Shown: in pieces, positions 36,311 through 49,221 of the stretch
Position numbering within the stretch: the stretch's first letter is position 1
How the letters are laid out: each line of letters begins with the position of its first letter
NCBI GenBank assembly: GCA_016906335.1
Contig: JADEYG010000004.1
Coordinates: forward strand, 1,054,001 to 1,118,000
Direction of reading: 5' to 3'
Length of the DNA stretch: 64,000 nucleotides
Origin: Novakomyces olei
Lineage: Eukaryota
Made by a program: the position numbers and the translations under genes
The notes under the pieces: model-generated
The model's input: only the letters and a program-made list of their open reading frames with translations
The model's database searches: none
What the model was told of the DNA's origin: nothing

Positions 36311-37615
36311 GATAAATAAAGGCTCTCCTTTAAATGGAGATGCTATTAATACGGGAAGAATTAAGTAAACAGTAATAAAGAACACCAAAAAACCAATTGA
36401 GACAGTTGGCAGACTATATATTCTCGAGTAGAAACGGTTCGCGAGTAGAAACGGTTCAAGTGTCTTAAATAGAAATTTCTCGGTAGCAATACGCTCAAAA
36501 TTTGGGCAGCAAGAGGCACGAGACGGCCAAGGCGGATTAGAAATTATAGGAAGAAAAGGACCAAAAAAGCTCAGTCAGTCAGATGATAGACCAATCTCAA
36601 ATTCAATCCCGGTCTGATTTCTCGTATAATTACAGAAATATCGTTAGCGTCTTGCTTTGTTTTTAATCGAGTCCTTCCAGTCTCATGTGCCTGATTTCTT
36701 CCTAGAAAAAGCAACTGAGCACTATGATTTGATCGAATTCGATGATGATCGCAACTATGCAAATATTGCCTTCTTCCCTGTGCCCTTTATTCCAGAAACT
36801 GTTCAAACTTCACCTGCTAATGTCCTCAGATCAAAACTGCTGCAGAAACAATTGGCTCATCCATTGTACCGGATCATTCTTCTTCTATTTCTGTACACGT
36901 TGAAATTTTAGACTAAAACAAATAAGCTCTTTTCGTTAAAGGCTGGGCCACAAACAAGACTCTTCCGTCAATTTGCCGTGATTGAGTCTCGCCCTCTCCA
37001 AATTCGAGTGACCTTCCGGCCATTTACGCTATTTGATAAGAGATAAGCGCAAGAATACTTGTATTTTATTATTTGCAAATCACAGCTATGCACTATTTAT
37101 CCGGCATTTTTTCTTGACTGGTTTTTTAGGTTTTTTTTTTTAAATCGCGTATGTTGTCTTCTCGTACGGTAAAAAGATGGGTCTACGGAATTTTACTACT
37201 GTATTTACTAGTTTATTTTATGAAAATCATTTAATCATTACCGTATTTATTACAGAGGTCACTCAATTATCGCACTGGTTCCCTGCGCAATAATTTATCA
37301 ATGTAAAACCAATTTTAAAATCGCCCTATTATTTTGGCCACACAAAAACTCAACGCGATCTAACGGCTAATGATTTTTCTGTATTTATTTTTACCCTTAG
37401 CAGCAGCAGTTTATTTGTAACATTTTCCGTCTAGACCGCAGTGATATTGACCTGTGGCTTGCGCCGTCAAGAGATCGCTCTGCTTACGGTGATAGCTTGC
37501 TCAGTGGCAATTTATGTTATATTGATAGGATGTACATAATATGCATGATCTAGTTAGTGTACAGAAAGAGTTTTAGACTAATTCTAACCCTAACCCTATA
37601 TGTTTGACACTTTGC

Positions 37616-39752
37616 CTACTGGTTCTCTTCAAACGGCTGCATTTCGTTCCATGGCACAATTCTGGTATCCACAACCGTAGTCGTAGACCAGCCGATGCTG
37701 CGCTGACGGTCCACGTCTAATTCACTGTCATATCCATCGTCAGCATTTTTTCTAACGGGTTGGTCTTGGAAAGTTTCCGGGTGAGGAATTCTTATTCGAC
37801 GGCCTTCCTCGCAAACTCTGACGGACGCAATCGATCCGGGCATACGTTCGGTATCCCGCAAAACCCGCGCAAACATCCAATTGCTAATTTGAGGAACATT
37901 TTTTTCACTAAGAGTAAATAATTTGAATACAACAATCGAGCCTTTGCGAACTCGCTGGTGCTCTACCACGACGGGCAGAGAAGCAACTGTTTCCATGCTA
38001 AGAGCAGATGAAACTCGTTCTAGAACCTTGTCAATTTTGACCTTGACGGTGCGCGTCTCTTTTTGTTTAGTGTTCACTTGGCTTGGGTTTAATTCCGTTT
38101 TGCTCGTCTTTTTTCGGTTCTGTTTGTCTGGCTCGTTGCTGCTTTCATTCATTTTATTTTCATTATTTACATTGCCATTCACACTTCCATTTTGCTCATG
38201 ACCATTCTTGATTTGTGTGTTTTCTTGGTCAATACTTTGCCCTTCATTATAGACTTGAGGCCCCAGAACTTCACCGGGCTCTTGCATTGAATCCACATCG
38301 ATGTGACTGACCGTAGGGTTTGCCAGAAAACTTTGAGGCGCCGAGTTTGGCTTTGCTCGTTGTCTGGCGCATAGCATGAGCAAGTCGTCTATACTATAAT
38401 TGCACTGTTCTGCATTTTCCGGAAGTGCTTTGCTCCGAAGCAGGTAAGAAAACATTTTACCTTTTTTCCTCCTGTAATTCCGGTTGCGAGTCCCGGAACT
38501 TCCATGCCCTGGAGGCGCGTTCACATTGACTTGTGCAGGCAAATCTGGCTTAGGGTGAATTGGTGCAGCTGCAGGTTGAGCTGCAGACACTGACTTTGAT
38601 GCTGCAAGATCCGAGATAGGACTCGTAGTAGACTTAGAGTTTGGCGATGACGAGGAAGAAGAGGCAGAAGTAGAAGTAGAAGAAGGTGAAGAGGAAGAAG
38701 AAGAGGAGGAGGAAGAAGAAGAGGAGGAGGAAGAAGAAGAGGAGGAGGAAGAAGAAGAGGAGGAAAAAGAGGAGGATGATGAGGTGGAGGAAGAAGAAAT
38801 CGAATCCAAATCCGAACTATCCGATTCCAACTCCGAGTCTGGTGTTGCAAAACTTTCAGAATCAGAATCAGACGAACTAGACTCTCGTGAAGCCAAGTCT
38901 TTACTATTAGATTAGCACTTGATCATAGCATAACCAGCGAATAATCTTACTTTTGCTCTTTGTTGAGTGATTCATGCACCTGCAAAGAACCTTGCTCCAA
39001 ATTTCTGATCACTTCCGGCGACTGCGCTGAACCATCAAGGCTTTCATGACCACTGATTCGTTTTCGCTTCAATGAAGGCAGTGTTGTCTGATCGTGCTGC
39101 CTAGTTCGTAATTAGCACAAAAGAACGAGAGTCATATTTAGAGTGAAGATGCTCTTCTATAATAATTTTCGGCATTCTGCTTTTCGCTGTTCATTATTTT
39201 ATCCATCTTTTTATTTTCATTATTTAATTTTTCAGTTTTAAATAATTTCTTGTCCTCACCTCGCTACTGGCAAAACGTACGTAGGGCCGCCATAGTTAAC
39301 GCGTAAAACATTACGATCATGCTGAACCAAACGCGAAACTGAAACCTCTGTCTGAGAAAATGTTGGGTCTTCTTCGATACTGACGGCCGTAATTCTGTTC
39401 AGTGTTAATTCAAAATACACACACAGCGAAACGCATACGTTACAATCGCCCTGTCGGGTACAAATTCTGCAATTCTGGAATTGAGAGGCAGTCTTGCGCC
39501 TTCGTATTCGAGGGCCACTGCCTTGACCGCCTCGTTTTCTATTAACGGTAATGATAATACACCATTCTCTTGAGCAAGAGTCGTAAAGCTCAACAGTATT
39601 CGTAGGAACGCGTCCCCAACCGTATGATTAGACTGGCACCACAGTCTTCCGTCGACGGGAGGAGAAGATTCTAAGGAAACCCATACGCGACGAGGTACAA
39701 GCGGCCTTCGACACTCTACCTGCAGCACACGTGGCCCAGGCCATTCGGTCAT
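37616..39752 (-). CDS. Coilin-like Cajal body protein (Mug174-like), 4 exons
   Basis: Exons about 39752-39439, 39394-39260, 39100-38951 and 38903-37616 splice in frame. Coilin-type N-terminus (VLQVECRRPL..VWV...TVGD...LEYEGARLP), poly-Ser linker, PPGHG..TRNRNYRRK, Tudor-like GSIVVFKLFTLS...PQISNW. Confidence 0.75.
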
Positions 39753-39955
39753 TATCTTTTTGCCAACCTGAATAAGTTTATTTATTTTTTTATAATTAAT
39801 AGATAAGTACTTCAATAAATAGAACAAAGTTAAAATAAACAACGATATTGGTATTAGTACAAATATTAATATAAATATGACTATAATAAATTATTAAACT
39901 TCATTTCATTCTAACGATAATCTATTGGCCGTCTTCTCCACAAATGTACCCATTT

Positions 39956-42693
39956 CTAATCCAATGAGGAAATCGCTGAGCTCGCAGATACGATGGCTAC
40001 ATTGGCCGCAGATTCGCCAAACAGCTCTGTTTCGTAGCGCGAAACAAAAGCCGGAGCTTCAGAATCAACTGCATTATTCCCATTGGTCGGAAAACCCATA
40101 TCCCCACACGCCATCCCATGTCGGATAGCAAAATTTGCTATTTCTCTCCAGTAAGGATCGAGGCGCAAAATACTCCAGCAGCCTACAATATAGAGGTACT
40201 CCTTTGCCCTTGAAATTGATACGTTTAATCGTTTTGGTGAGAAAATTATACCAGCATTTTCCTCCATGTCGCGTTTAAGAAACCGTTCACGTGAGCGTAC
40301 GGTAGAAATAAATATAGCTCGAAATTCGGCACCTTGATAGTTTTCCACAACGCCTACATTAACACCAGACAAATTGTTTGCACGAAGTATTCGACGCAAA
40401 AACAATACTTGCTCTCTGAACGGAGTAATGACAGCAATATCTTCATGTCGAATTGCCACTGTTTGCACTAGAACTTTTATAGCCTCAAGAATGGCCATAG
40501 CCTCACCGTGATTGTACCAGCTCGACCCGTCAATCAAACATTCGTCATGAGAATCGACTCCGCGAAAAACAAAAGGTGCTTCTCGGCAGGGCAATAATAA
40601 TTTGGCATCAATTTTAGTGTCTTTGATCTTTTCTAGAATTGATTGTCTCACAGTATCCACTGCAGTTGCACGGGGGACAAGGGTATCGTTATAGAAAAGC
40701 ACAGACGGAAGAATCAAAAGACCCAAATGGCTGCGATAGTTGTAGAATAAATTCGCAAAATCCGGTTCAGGGAAGGGATACTTTGGCTTACTACTTAACA
40801 GCTTTTTGCGAGATAAAGGATGATCCGCAAAAGGTGCTGTGTTAATAATGCGTTCAAAGTAAGAGAAACGCAAATCAGCCCGGTCTTTTTCATGTGAAAA
40901 GGTTTGAGGACCTAGCTGAAGATGATCAGCAGCGAAAATAAGTCGGACTGATTGTTTATCGTCACAAGCCACTACAGAAAGTGGAATCAGGACTGAAGGC
41001 TCTGTGCTTTGGGCCGCCTCATCAACTACTAGAGCAGAAAAATGAGGGCTATTTTTTGAGTCGTTTTGCCCATTACTTCCCATTAGAAATGATCGTAGTT
41101 GCTGAATATCTCTATTTGTAAACTTAGCATCAATCAGTAATTGTGCTTGATCGTTAGTTGCAACAATAATCTGTTTCTCCACGAGTTCATTGTATGGAGG
41201 CAAAGAAAAAAAGCCCTGTTTGCTATAACAAAAAGGGAGAACCGTCATGGGCACTTCTTCAAAAGTACGACTAGGGAAATTGATGCGAAGCATTTCTCTA
41301 GGCTTGTAAAAAGTAGATAGACGGCTAACAAGCGTATCTGCAGCCACATTGCTCGGCGCGCATACCAACAAATGCGTATTAGTATCGTTTGCAAGCCGAC
41401 GAATAATCTCGACAATAGTCCGTGTTTTGCCTGTGCCTGGAGGGCCCCATATTAAGAAAGGCCTTGATCTTTTATATTGAGCGACTGCGAGACTAGCAGC
41501 CATCTGATCATAGTTAGAATAAAATGCAATTAAATTAAAAATTGATAAAGATCAAAAATATTGAAATTAGAATTAGAACTAAAATTAAAAATAAAATAAA
41601 ATAAAATGAAAAGATTGGAAAATGTTCAATTGAATTATAGAATTTCACGAATAGACGTATTTGAAAGAGTCGAGAGCAATATAGTGGTGAAAACGATTCA
41701 GACATAACAATAAGATCGACGAATCAATATACACAATGTCGAGAAAAAAGCGTACTTAATAAAACTCTACTTGCTATTCTTTTCTTCGTTATTTTTCTTT
41801 TTTGAACTTACATTTTGGTATTGGTCCAGAGTTGGATCCAAAGCCGGATGAGTCTCGTCTTCAAAAGGTGCTTCACGCATGAAGGTGCGGCCTGGAAACT
41901 TGTCTGGAAACAAAGCACTCTGGTAAAAATTCGAAGAGCGTTTCAGGGCAGTAACTGTGCTTTGCAAAGCTGCCATTTGACTTGTCAAAACATCGTTGTT
42001 TGGAAGAAAAACTGCGTTGATTCGTATTTCACCCATTTCCTTCGGTAACTCTGTACGAAAGTATAGCAGCCCCTTTACAATTAGCATTCGTAAGAAAAAA
42101 AAAGAGAAAGGCATTTGAATGAATGAACATAACATCACAAGAGACTTGCTAAGAAGAAAAAGATCAAACAAAAGGCCATTTGAAAATTCAATAAGGAAAC
42201 AATAATTTCAGTTTGTACATTATACCTTTGCCCGAATAGCAGAATACACTACACCCTCATACTCCAATCCATCAAAGTAAATCTTTCTTATCAACAACCG
42301 GTCTCCAACAGCAGCCTCGGGTAAAAATTCCTGAATAGAAGGTACATGCATGCACCAAAGACGATCTGCCGCTGGAGAAATTTTGCAATTAAACATAGAA
42401 ATTGTCCCATATTTTTGAACTCTAGCCAACATTTCGCTGTTCAAAAGCGCTGTGAATCTTTGACTATATTCTGACGCAAGAGTTTCAAGCGCTGGCGAGC
42501 CTTCACCGTTGATATTATCCTCCTTCAGCGAGGAAAACACGTCCAAACCGGCATATGACCTCACATAGGTCTCTGTCATTAAAGCAAGATCGAATGGTGG
42601 GCTAGTGCAGGGCACGAGAATAGCATATTTGTGTTGAATATTGCGAATTTGCAGAGGCACGTAAGCAGGTGCATACCTGTCAGGCACAGACAT
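39956..42693 (-). CDS. MOV10/SDE3/Armitage-like SF1 (Upf1-like) RNA helicase, 3 exons
   Basis: Exons 42693-42226, 42072-41812, 41503-39956. Motifs GPPGTGKT, CAPSNVAAD, VDEAAQ, DHLQLGP, NYRSH, SWYN..EA, VENYQGAE, RLNVSISRAK. No Upf1 CH domain. Confidence 0.85.
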
Positions 42694-43293
42694 ATACTCG
42701 CTGAAAGCCTTGTGTGAAGGCCTTCTAAGGCCTTTTTCGACCAAGCAAGCACGTTACAAAAGAATATAACAACACAAACAGAATGGTTGTGCTTTTAATG
42801 GGCTTTTTTCCTTATCGTGAAGAGGCGAGCGGCCTCAAGTTACGACAATCAACGCCATCATCGGCTAAGCGCTTTGTCCAGTGCGCATATACAAGGACAG
42901 AGACTGTATCATTTATTTATTTACATTTGCATGAAATAATAATTATTATAATTGTTAGTAAAATTAATATTGCTGAGCTTGTCAAACACCTTCTGCTATT
43001 CATAACTAACCCTAACTAAATCTATTTCGAGCAGGCTTTTCATGAAACCAACCATAGTCCTAGAATGTGGTATACAGTTAACTAACCATAACCCCTTTTA
43101 ATATATATGCTACGTTGGCTGTTGCACAAATATTAAAGCTAACATACATATCTGCGTATGGACAGCAAGAATTCTATTAGTCCCCAAAATAGAACATAAA
43201 TGCAAATTTAGCTCTGTATATAAACGTTTATGGACGTTCTTAATTTATTCAAAACTTTGGTATGGCGATATAACAAACACTAGTCATATCAAT

Positions 43294-44870
43294 TCAAGTT
43301 TCAATCGGGTTGCTTTCCGCTTGACGAGAGGGGTCGACAAATAATCGCCATAGCCAATCTCCAGCAATTCCAGCGAAGATCATGTAGCCTGCCAACCGGC
43401 ATCGACGGAACCATTTCCAGCAATCGCGTGGATCATCTAAATTTATATGACGGATCATGTAGAGTATAAACGATAGAGATCCGCCACAGCTAATACCATA
43501 GAAGAACAAACCTTGATCATTTTGGATTCCTGCCCAAACAAGAAGGCTTATTTGCGCAGCTGTGAGGACATAGAGAACCGGCTTTGTCTTTGATTTGAGT
43601 TTAAGGGCCATTGATCGGATACCGACACGAGCATCATCAAGTTTGTCCTGAAAGCTGTCAGAAACGAAGCCAAAAAAAAAAAAAAAAACGAAAACGAAAA
43701 TGCCGACTTGAATCATAGACCACAATTTTTTTTTTTTCGCGCTGTGGGCTGTCCCTGCCTTTTTTAACGTCCTATTTCATTTTCTTTCGTTCTGGGCCGA
43801 TTTTCTCATGCATTATTGCTTTTTGGGAACGTTACCTGATGAGCATAGACAGTATCGTAAACAACTGTCCATATTAAACCAGACAAATAAAGAGGTGCTG
43901 TTACTGCCCAGTTCATATTATCCCCACCTAGTAGAGCAGACCAGCCTAGAAAAGCGCCCCAATTGAAAGCAACGCCTTGAATATTAGCCAAATTAACAAC
44001 ATTGGTTTGGGCGCGACCTCAACAGCATTATCCAATAATTATAAAGAGGCCAAATTGTAATAATCGACAAAGATACTGAAAAGCACAAAATACCAAGCGC
44101 TAAACTGAAAAAAACCAAAATAGAAACAAGAAATAAATTAATTATCTTACCCAGCATCACTTGCGGATAATATGTAACTCTTTTCATAAGCGGGTAAACG
44201 GTGACTGGAATCAGACTTGCAGCTCCGAGAGCAATACTATTAGCACTGGATCAGCACTGTATGAGTGATGATAAGGCGGATATGATAATGGTCTTTTTGT
44301 ATTAATTTCTGTGGCCGCAATTTTCTCTTTTGTTTTTTCTGTCAATTAATATTTCACTTACGAATAAACATTCAGCTGCGTCAGCACAGCCAGCCCAGCA
44401 CAAAGCTGCAGTCCCAAGAACAGAAAAGCTTGGCTTTGTGTTAGAGCGCCATTAGCTAATGGCCTCAGAGTCGTTCGCGAAACCTGCGCGTCTAAATCTT
44501 TATCCCACATATCGTTAATAGTACAGCCAGCTCCTCGCATGACAAGAGCGCCCACGCCAAACAAGCCCAGCATGCCTACCGTGGGCACAACAGGCACTGA
44601 TCCAGCATACGCGGCCATTCCGATTGACCAAGTACAGGGCAAATAAAGAAGCCAAGTGCCGATTGGCTTGTCGAGACGTGCTAGTAGGGCAAAAGCACGC
44701 TGCCTCTCAGGCATTGCGTCAATCCATCGTGGAAATTGAGGGTTTTCTGGCGCAGCAATGACACGCTTGGGAGAAATGGTTGTTTGCATGCGAGTCGAGC
44801 CATAAATTGGGATCATCGACCTCCGCAGAGGCGCGCGACCCATTGCACAGCAAAGTCGAGTCGGTAGCAT
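43294..44870 (-). CDS. coq2: 4-hydroxybenzoate polyprenyltransferase, about 4 exons
   Basis: [54 protein letters not shown]. Confidence 0.97.
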
Positions 44871-45568
44871 AGTGGTGGTTGAATGACAGATAAGAAAAAC
44901 TAAATAATAATCGAATAAAAGTCTAAAAAAATAAAATGATTATAATAATTATATTAAGATGGATAAGCTTAATATTTAACCGTTTTCCATTGTTTTCGTC
45001 CAGTATCTCGGTCAGTATGCAATTACTGTAAGCTCTAATCCAGATACTATCACGATACAAAAATTGCTCTATTAAATATGGCCCTTAGGCATTGCAGCAC
45101 AGTCGCAGCCTGCTCGGTTTGAGAATACTCGTTTCCATCCTCAAAGCACTACTACTGAAATTGAATTGTGGCATGTAATACTGTATTTAAATTAAATCAT
45201 CAAACTCGTCTATTTGCCTCATATTCATAACAATACAATATTATTCACAATTTATTTACAATATTATTTACAATTTATTTACAATATTATTTACAATAGA
45301 TTTATGTTTATTATTAGGTGGTACATTCAAGCTGCATAATCAATGAACACAGAGTCCCTTATAAAGACAAAATTGATGCTTAGATACGCGTAAAAGAAGG
45401 AAACACATCTTGCCTTGCTAGCATTGATGACACTGCAATACAAGATTTGGGTGCATGAAGACCTGACACTGTCTGTAAATCTATTGCCTAAACGGCAGAG
45501 TCAAATGGCGGCATTTTTGAGTATGATAGTTGCTTTCAAAAGCCTCAACAAGCCAACTAGATGGCGAG

Positions 45569-45927
45569 TCAAGTATCTTTCTCACAAATCGCATAATATT
45601 CTCCGTCTCCGCATAAGAATTCTCCGTTCACCCCGGCACTTCCGCATTTTTTACAAGCTGGCGTAGAAGGCGATATAAATACGAAATTCGTGTCGCCACA
45701 GGCACAGAGATCAGCGCCTAGAGCAGCAGTGTTTGTGAGCTGTAGATCGCAAAACGCCAAACAGGCAGGGCCAGTCAATTCACGTCCTAGAGCGGTGACT
45801 GAGACTTCCGCTACTGTGGCACAAGCAGAATATCGCCATCCGTTCTGAGCCGCCACAAGGGCACTAGACAGAGCTAATACGCCACAAGGGCACTAGACAG
45901 AGCTAATACGACCAATACGCTCTTCAT
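45569..45927 (-). pseudogene. Small secreted WSC-domain protein, frameshifted by a 29-bp tandem duplication
   Basis: ATG at 45927. With one repeat copy it reads MKSVLVVLALSSALVAAQNGWRYSAC...TGPACLAFC...CACG...C..C...LCGDG. With both copies, TAG is reached after 17 codons. Confidence 0.75.
45852..45909. repeat. Exact 29-bp tandem duplication
   Basis: GCCACAAGGGCACTAGACAGAGCTAATAC twice (45852-45880 and 45881-45909). Confidence 0.98.
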
Positions 45928-46580
45928 AATTTTTGGTGATTCAGCTGGTCCATCGGCTGGCCTACGCTGTCTTTATGCTATCGGGAAAATCGGTGTTTCC
46001 CTTAATCACATATCCCATTTTTTGCCAATAGCAGTTTCTCCCCTGAATTCACCTTGCTCTGTATCAGTATGTTTAATCCGAGCCTTGGGAAAGTTACCAG
46101 ATTCCCTTTTAATTTATGTTTAATTTCGCCCTCTTTTCAATAATATTCCCATACGCTGCTCCGCAAACAGCAATCTGGATTGACGCCTTTGAGGCCTTTC
46201 CGCGATGCATAACTTGGGCCTAGTATCTTGAAAAGCCTTTCTGACGGATTGAGGAACCCTTCCTTCTATGTCGCCTTCTCACCATATGCGGCTGTCTGTA
46301 AAAACAGCCTTTATCAATGCTTCTTAAAAATCATTCTCCCCAAGTAAAGCTATTCATCAAAGACACCCATTTTTTGGTTTTCTTATAATCCCATAAGCGT
46401 CTAGTGTCCTTGTTCTCTTTGCAATCCTTCTTTACTACCAACAACCCGACTCACAGTCTGTTCACTTTCACAAAACATGCAAAGCGCTAGCAATGAAGGT
46501 ATCAATTTCTCCACTAGTCAATACACAGCCATTGCATAAAGGCATGACCATCCACCACTTTCTGGCCCAGAACCTGAATC

Positions 46581-46952
46581 ATGGCTTGCCTCGCTACACT
46601 GTTATCCGCGTTTTTTGCCGCCGCTGTCTGTGCAAGGCAGTGGAATCCTGTGGTAGATGCAGCCCATTTTCTCGGCTGCTTCGACGCGTCAACTACCCAA
46701 CTGATTAACCCGATAGAATCGGGTTCCTTTGAGTTTCTCGACGACTGTCTCTACTCCTGTGCGCAAACTTACGAGCGCTACGCGATACTGCGGAACGATC
46801 AAGCCTGCATTTGTGCGCGCAACTTCATCAATTACGAGGACCAGCACTATCTAACATCAGGTGAATACTGCCCTTCTCTCGTCGTCCCCCCTTATTACCG
46901 AATGAGCGACGACAAGCACTGGGCCATTTACCGACTGGAATATGCATATTAA
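46581..46952 (+). CDS. Small secreted WSC-like protein
   Basis: Signal peptide MACLATLLSAFFAAAVCA, then HFLGCF...DCLYSC...YAIL....CIC...C...WAIY; 123 aa, no TM or S/T stalk. Confidence 0.75.
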   Translation: MACLATLLSAFFAAAVCARQWNPVVDAAHFLGCFDASTTQLINPIESGSFEFLDDCLYSCAQTYERYAILRNDQACICARNFINYEDQHYLTSGEYCPSLVVPPYYRMSDDKHWAIYRLEYAY

Positions 46953-47469
46953 TTAATATTTATATTTTTTATTTAGAATTATAAGTTGGTGCAAAATATT
47001 ATATATTAATCTGATATCTTTGTTTTAATTCTCTTTATTATTGTCATTTGCTTACATATATAAATTGTGCTATAATATTTAAAGTGTTGTGTACAATAAT
47101 TTAACTATGTAGGCTATATGTATTCTTGCTCAATTTAGTATAGGGTTTTCCTTTTTCCTTAACTAACCCTAGACCCAATTATGAGCTGGAGTTACAGTAT
47201 AACAAATTATTCTAAATATATTTAAATAATTACATGAAATAAAGGCAGATAATATAAAGCCGTACGATATATTGCAGATGATATGGTAATAAGTACACAA
47301 CACTATATTTCGATGCTACATAACAATACAAAATATACATTGATAACGGCACGAGCTCACCTTAGGACAACAAATAAACCAATCGCGCTATGCTTTGACA
47401 TCTAAAGCGTACACTGGAATTTGCAGTTTAATCGCTGATTAGTCGTCGGATAAGGTACCGACTCATTAA

Positions 47470-48872
47470 ATGTCGGACAATCCGATCGCGTCAGTGTCGG
47501 CCTATACGTCGCCGGTACTTCAGTCTAGTCAGACCCACAATGTGGCAAGTACGACTTTCTCCAGCGGCAGTATTGCCTCATCAAACGGAGAAGGCCGATC
47601 TAATATTCTTAATTTATCGGCACGAGGCCGACGGTTTTGTATAGTCAAAGATATGGTACTGATGCTACCGGAAAGTCTGCTAGTATGCCTTTTTCCGACT
47701 GGACTTATCCTAGACGAAACTACGCTTTCTACTGAAGATGAACATGATACTAAAGTTGTAAATGTTGATGTATGCAATAACGAAATACTTTGAAGGCTAA
47801 CAGCAGTACGATCCTGATATTTTGCATTATATTTTGGATTACTTTAATCGCACTGAACGCGAATTCCTGGACTCTAGTCCGTCTCGCACTGCCGAGTTCT
47901 CCGACAGTCCGTTACAGGGCCGACCGGGTGTTATTGTGCTCAAAGAAGACTTGGAGTTTTACCCGCTTGTGTCTGATGGAGAGCATTTACTTACGCATTC
48001 AATGCGGCAAATGACCCCGGAGGAGTGGTCGTTTATTAAACGTAAAGCGGGTGAAATATTACGCAGTGACAATGGGCTTTTTGACGGACTCCGTCGCAGT
48101 GCAGAGCGGTTCAGCGCTAATGGCGAAGAAAATGCAGAGAAGCATCTAATTGAGATGCTTTGTAGCAGGTATGCTTTGATTTTTGGTGTTTTTTATGATA
48201 TATTTGAATATGTGAATCTTTATTTCCTATATTGTTTTCCATTTTGTTAATTTACCGTATTCATCTATTTGAATTTGATGGATATTGATAAATAAATTGT
48301 AACTTTTTTTCAGATTGAATTGAAGTGTTCCTAATTCTTAGTGGGTTCCATATCGAAGACAAATGGGACCAGCGAAAGCTGGAGCCACATTTGGCAAAAA
48401 TTACATCGTTCACTCTTGCTCACTTGCGACCTAATGCAGAAGCAGAAAAGGCTTTGGAGCAACATGGTCAAGTAACTACAGCACAAAAGTTGTTATTATT
48501 TTGGCGGAAGCCTGCTGTAAGTGCTGGAAATTGTTTGATATATTTTCTTATTTGCACTTGTTTTAGATTTTTGGTTTTTTTTAATAGGCAAAATACTAAT
48601 AATAACAACAAAACAACAACAACAACAACAATAATATTTTATTCTTATTATTAGCTTTTTGATTTGTTTTTTTTCCCTTTTGATTCCTCGTCTTTGCAGA
48701 CAATCGAGATTTTGTTTTTATCTAGTAACTTTCTAATATGCAGCGAAAATGTTGGTGGGATAGTGCACATATCGACTTAGGACAAGATCACGCTCATAGA
48801 CTACCGACCTTTGCAAAAGTATGGCTGCGGAGAGTTTGGACTTTGGAATTGTGCATAATGGGAACTAATTGA
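47470..48872 (+). CDS. whi2: Whi2-like stress/growth regulator, 4 exons
   Basis: LPESLLVCLFPTG, IVLKEDLEFY, EKHLIEMLCS|SGF, KLLLFWRKPA|RKCWWD, RRVWTLEL; TGA at 48870-48872. Confidence 0.93.
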
Positions 48873-49221
48873 TTAATGCTGTACATACTTTGTTTATTTT
48901 TTTCTTAATGTCGACCCGCAAAGATATAATCTATGCCCTATTAAAGCAACGACACAGATCGAATTACAACACTACAGTAAGTATCATACTATAATATGAA
49001 AAAACTTAAAAAAAGGTAATAATAATACAATGGATAGGAGTTAAATGCTGTCAGTTTAAAATTATCTAATAAATTGATCGTTCTTTTGAGCCAATCAACA
49101 ATATCTCTATACAGCATCGGACGCTCAGAACAAACTGATATGAATTGGTACATCTGATCTGGTTTAACAGAAACTTAAAATAAACACTTAAAAATTCTCA
49201 ACCCCGATAGTAACAAATTCT

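Noticed and set aside
36657..36911. 84-aa plus-strand ORF upstream of the SLC26 gene
   Set aside because: Non-ATG start, no recognisable motif and no convincing exon partners.
37584..43016. CTAACCCTAA motifs (37584, 43006) as a telomerase RNA template
   Set aside because: Both lie in short stretches next to coding genes, without room or recognisable structure for a fungal telomerase RNA.
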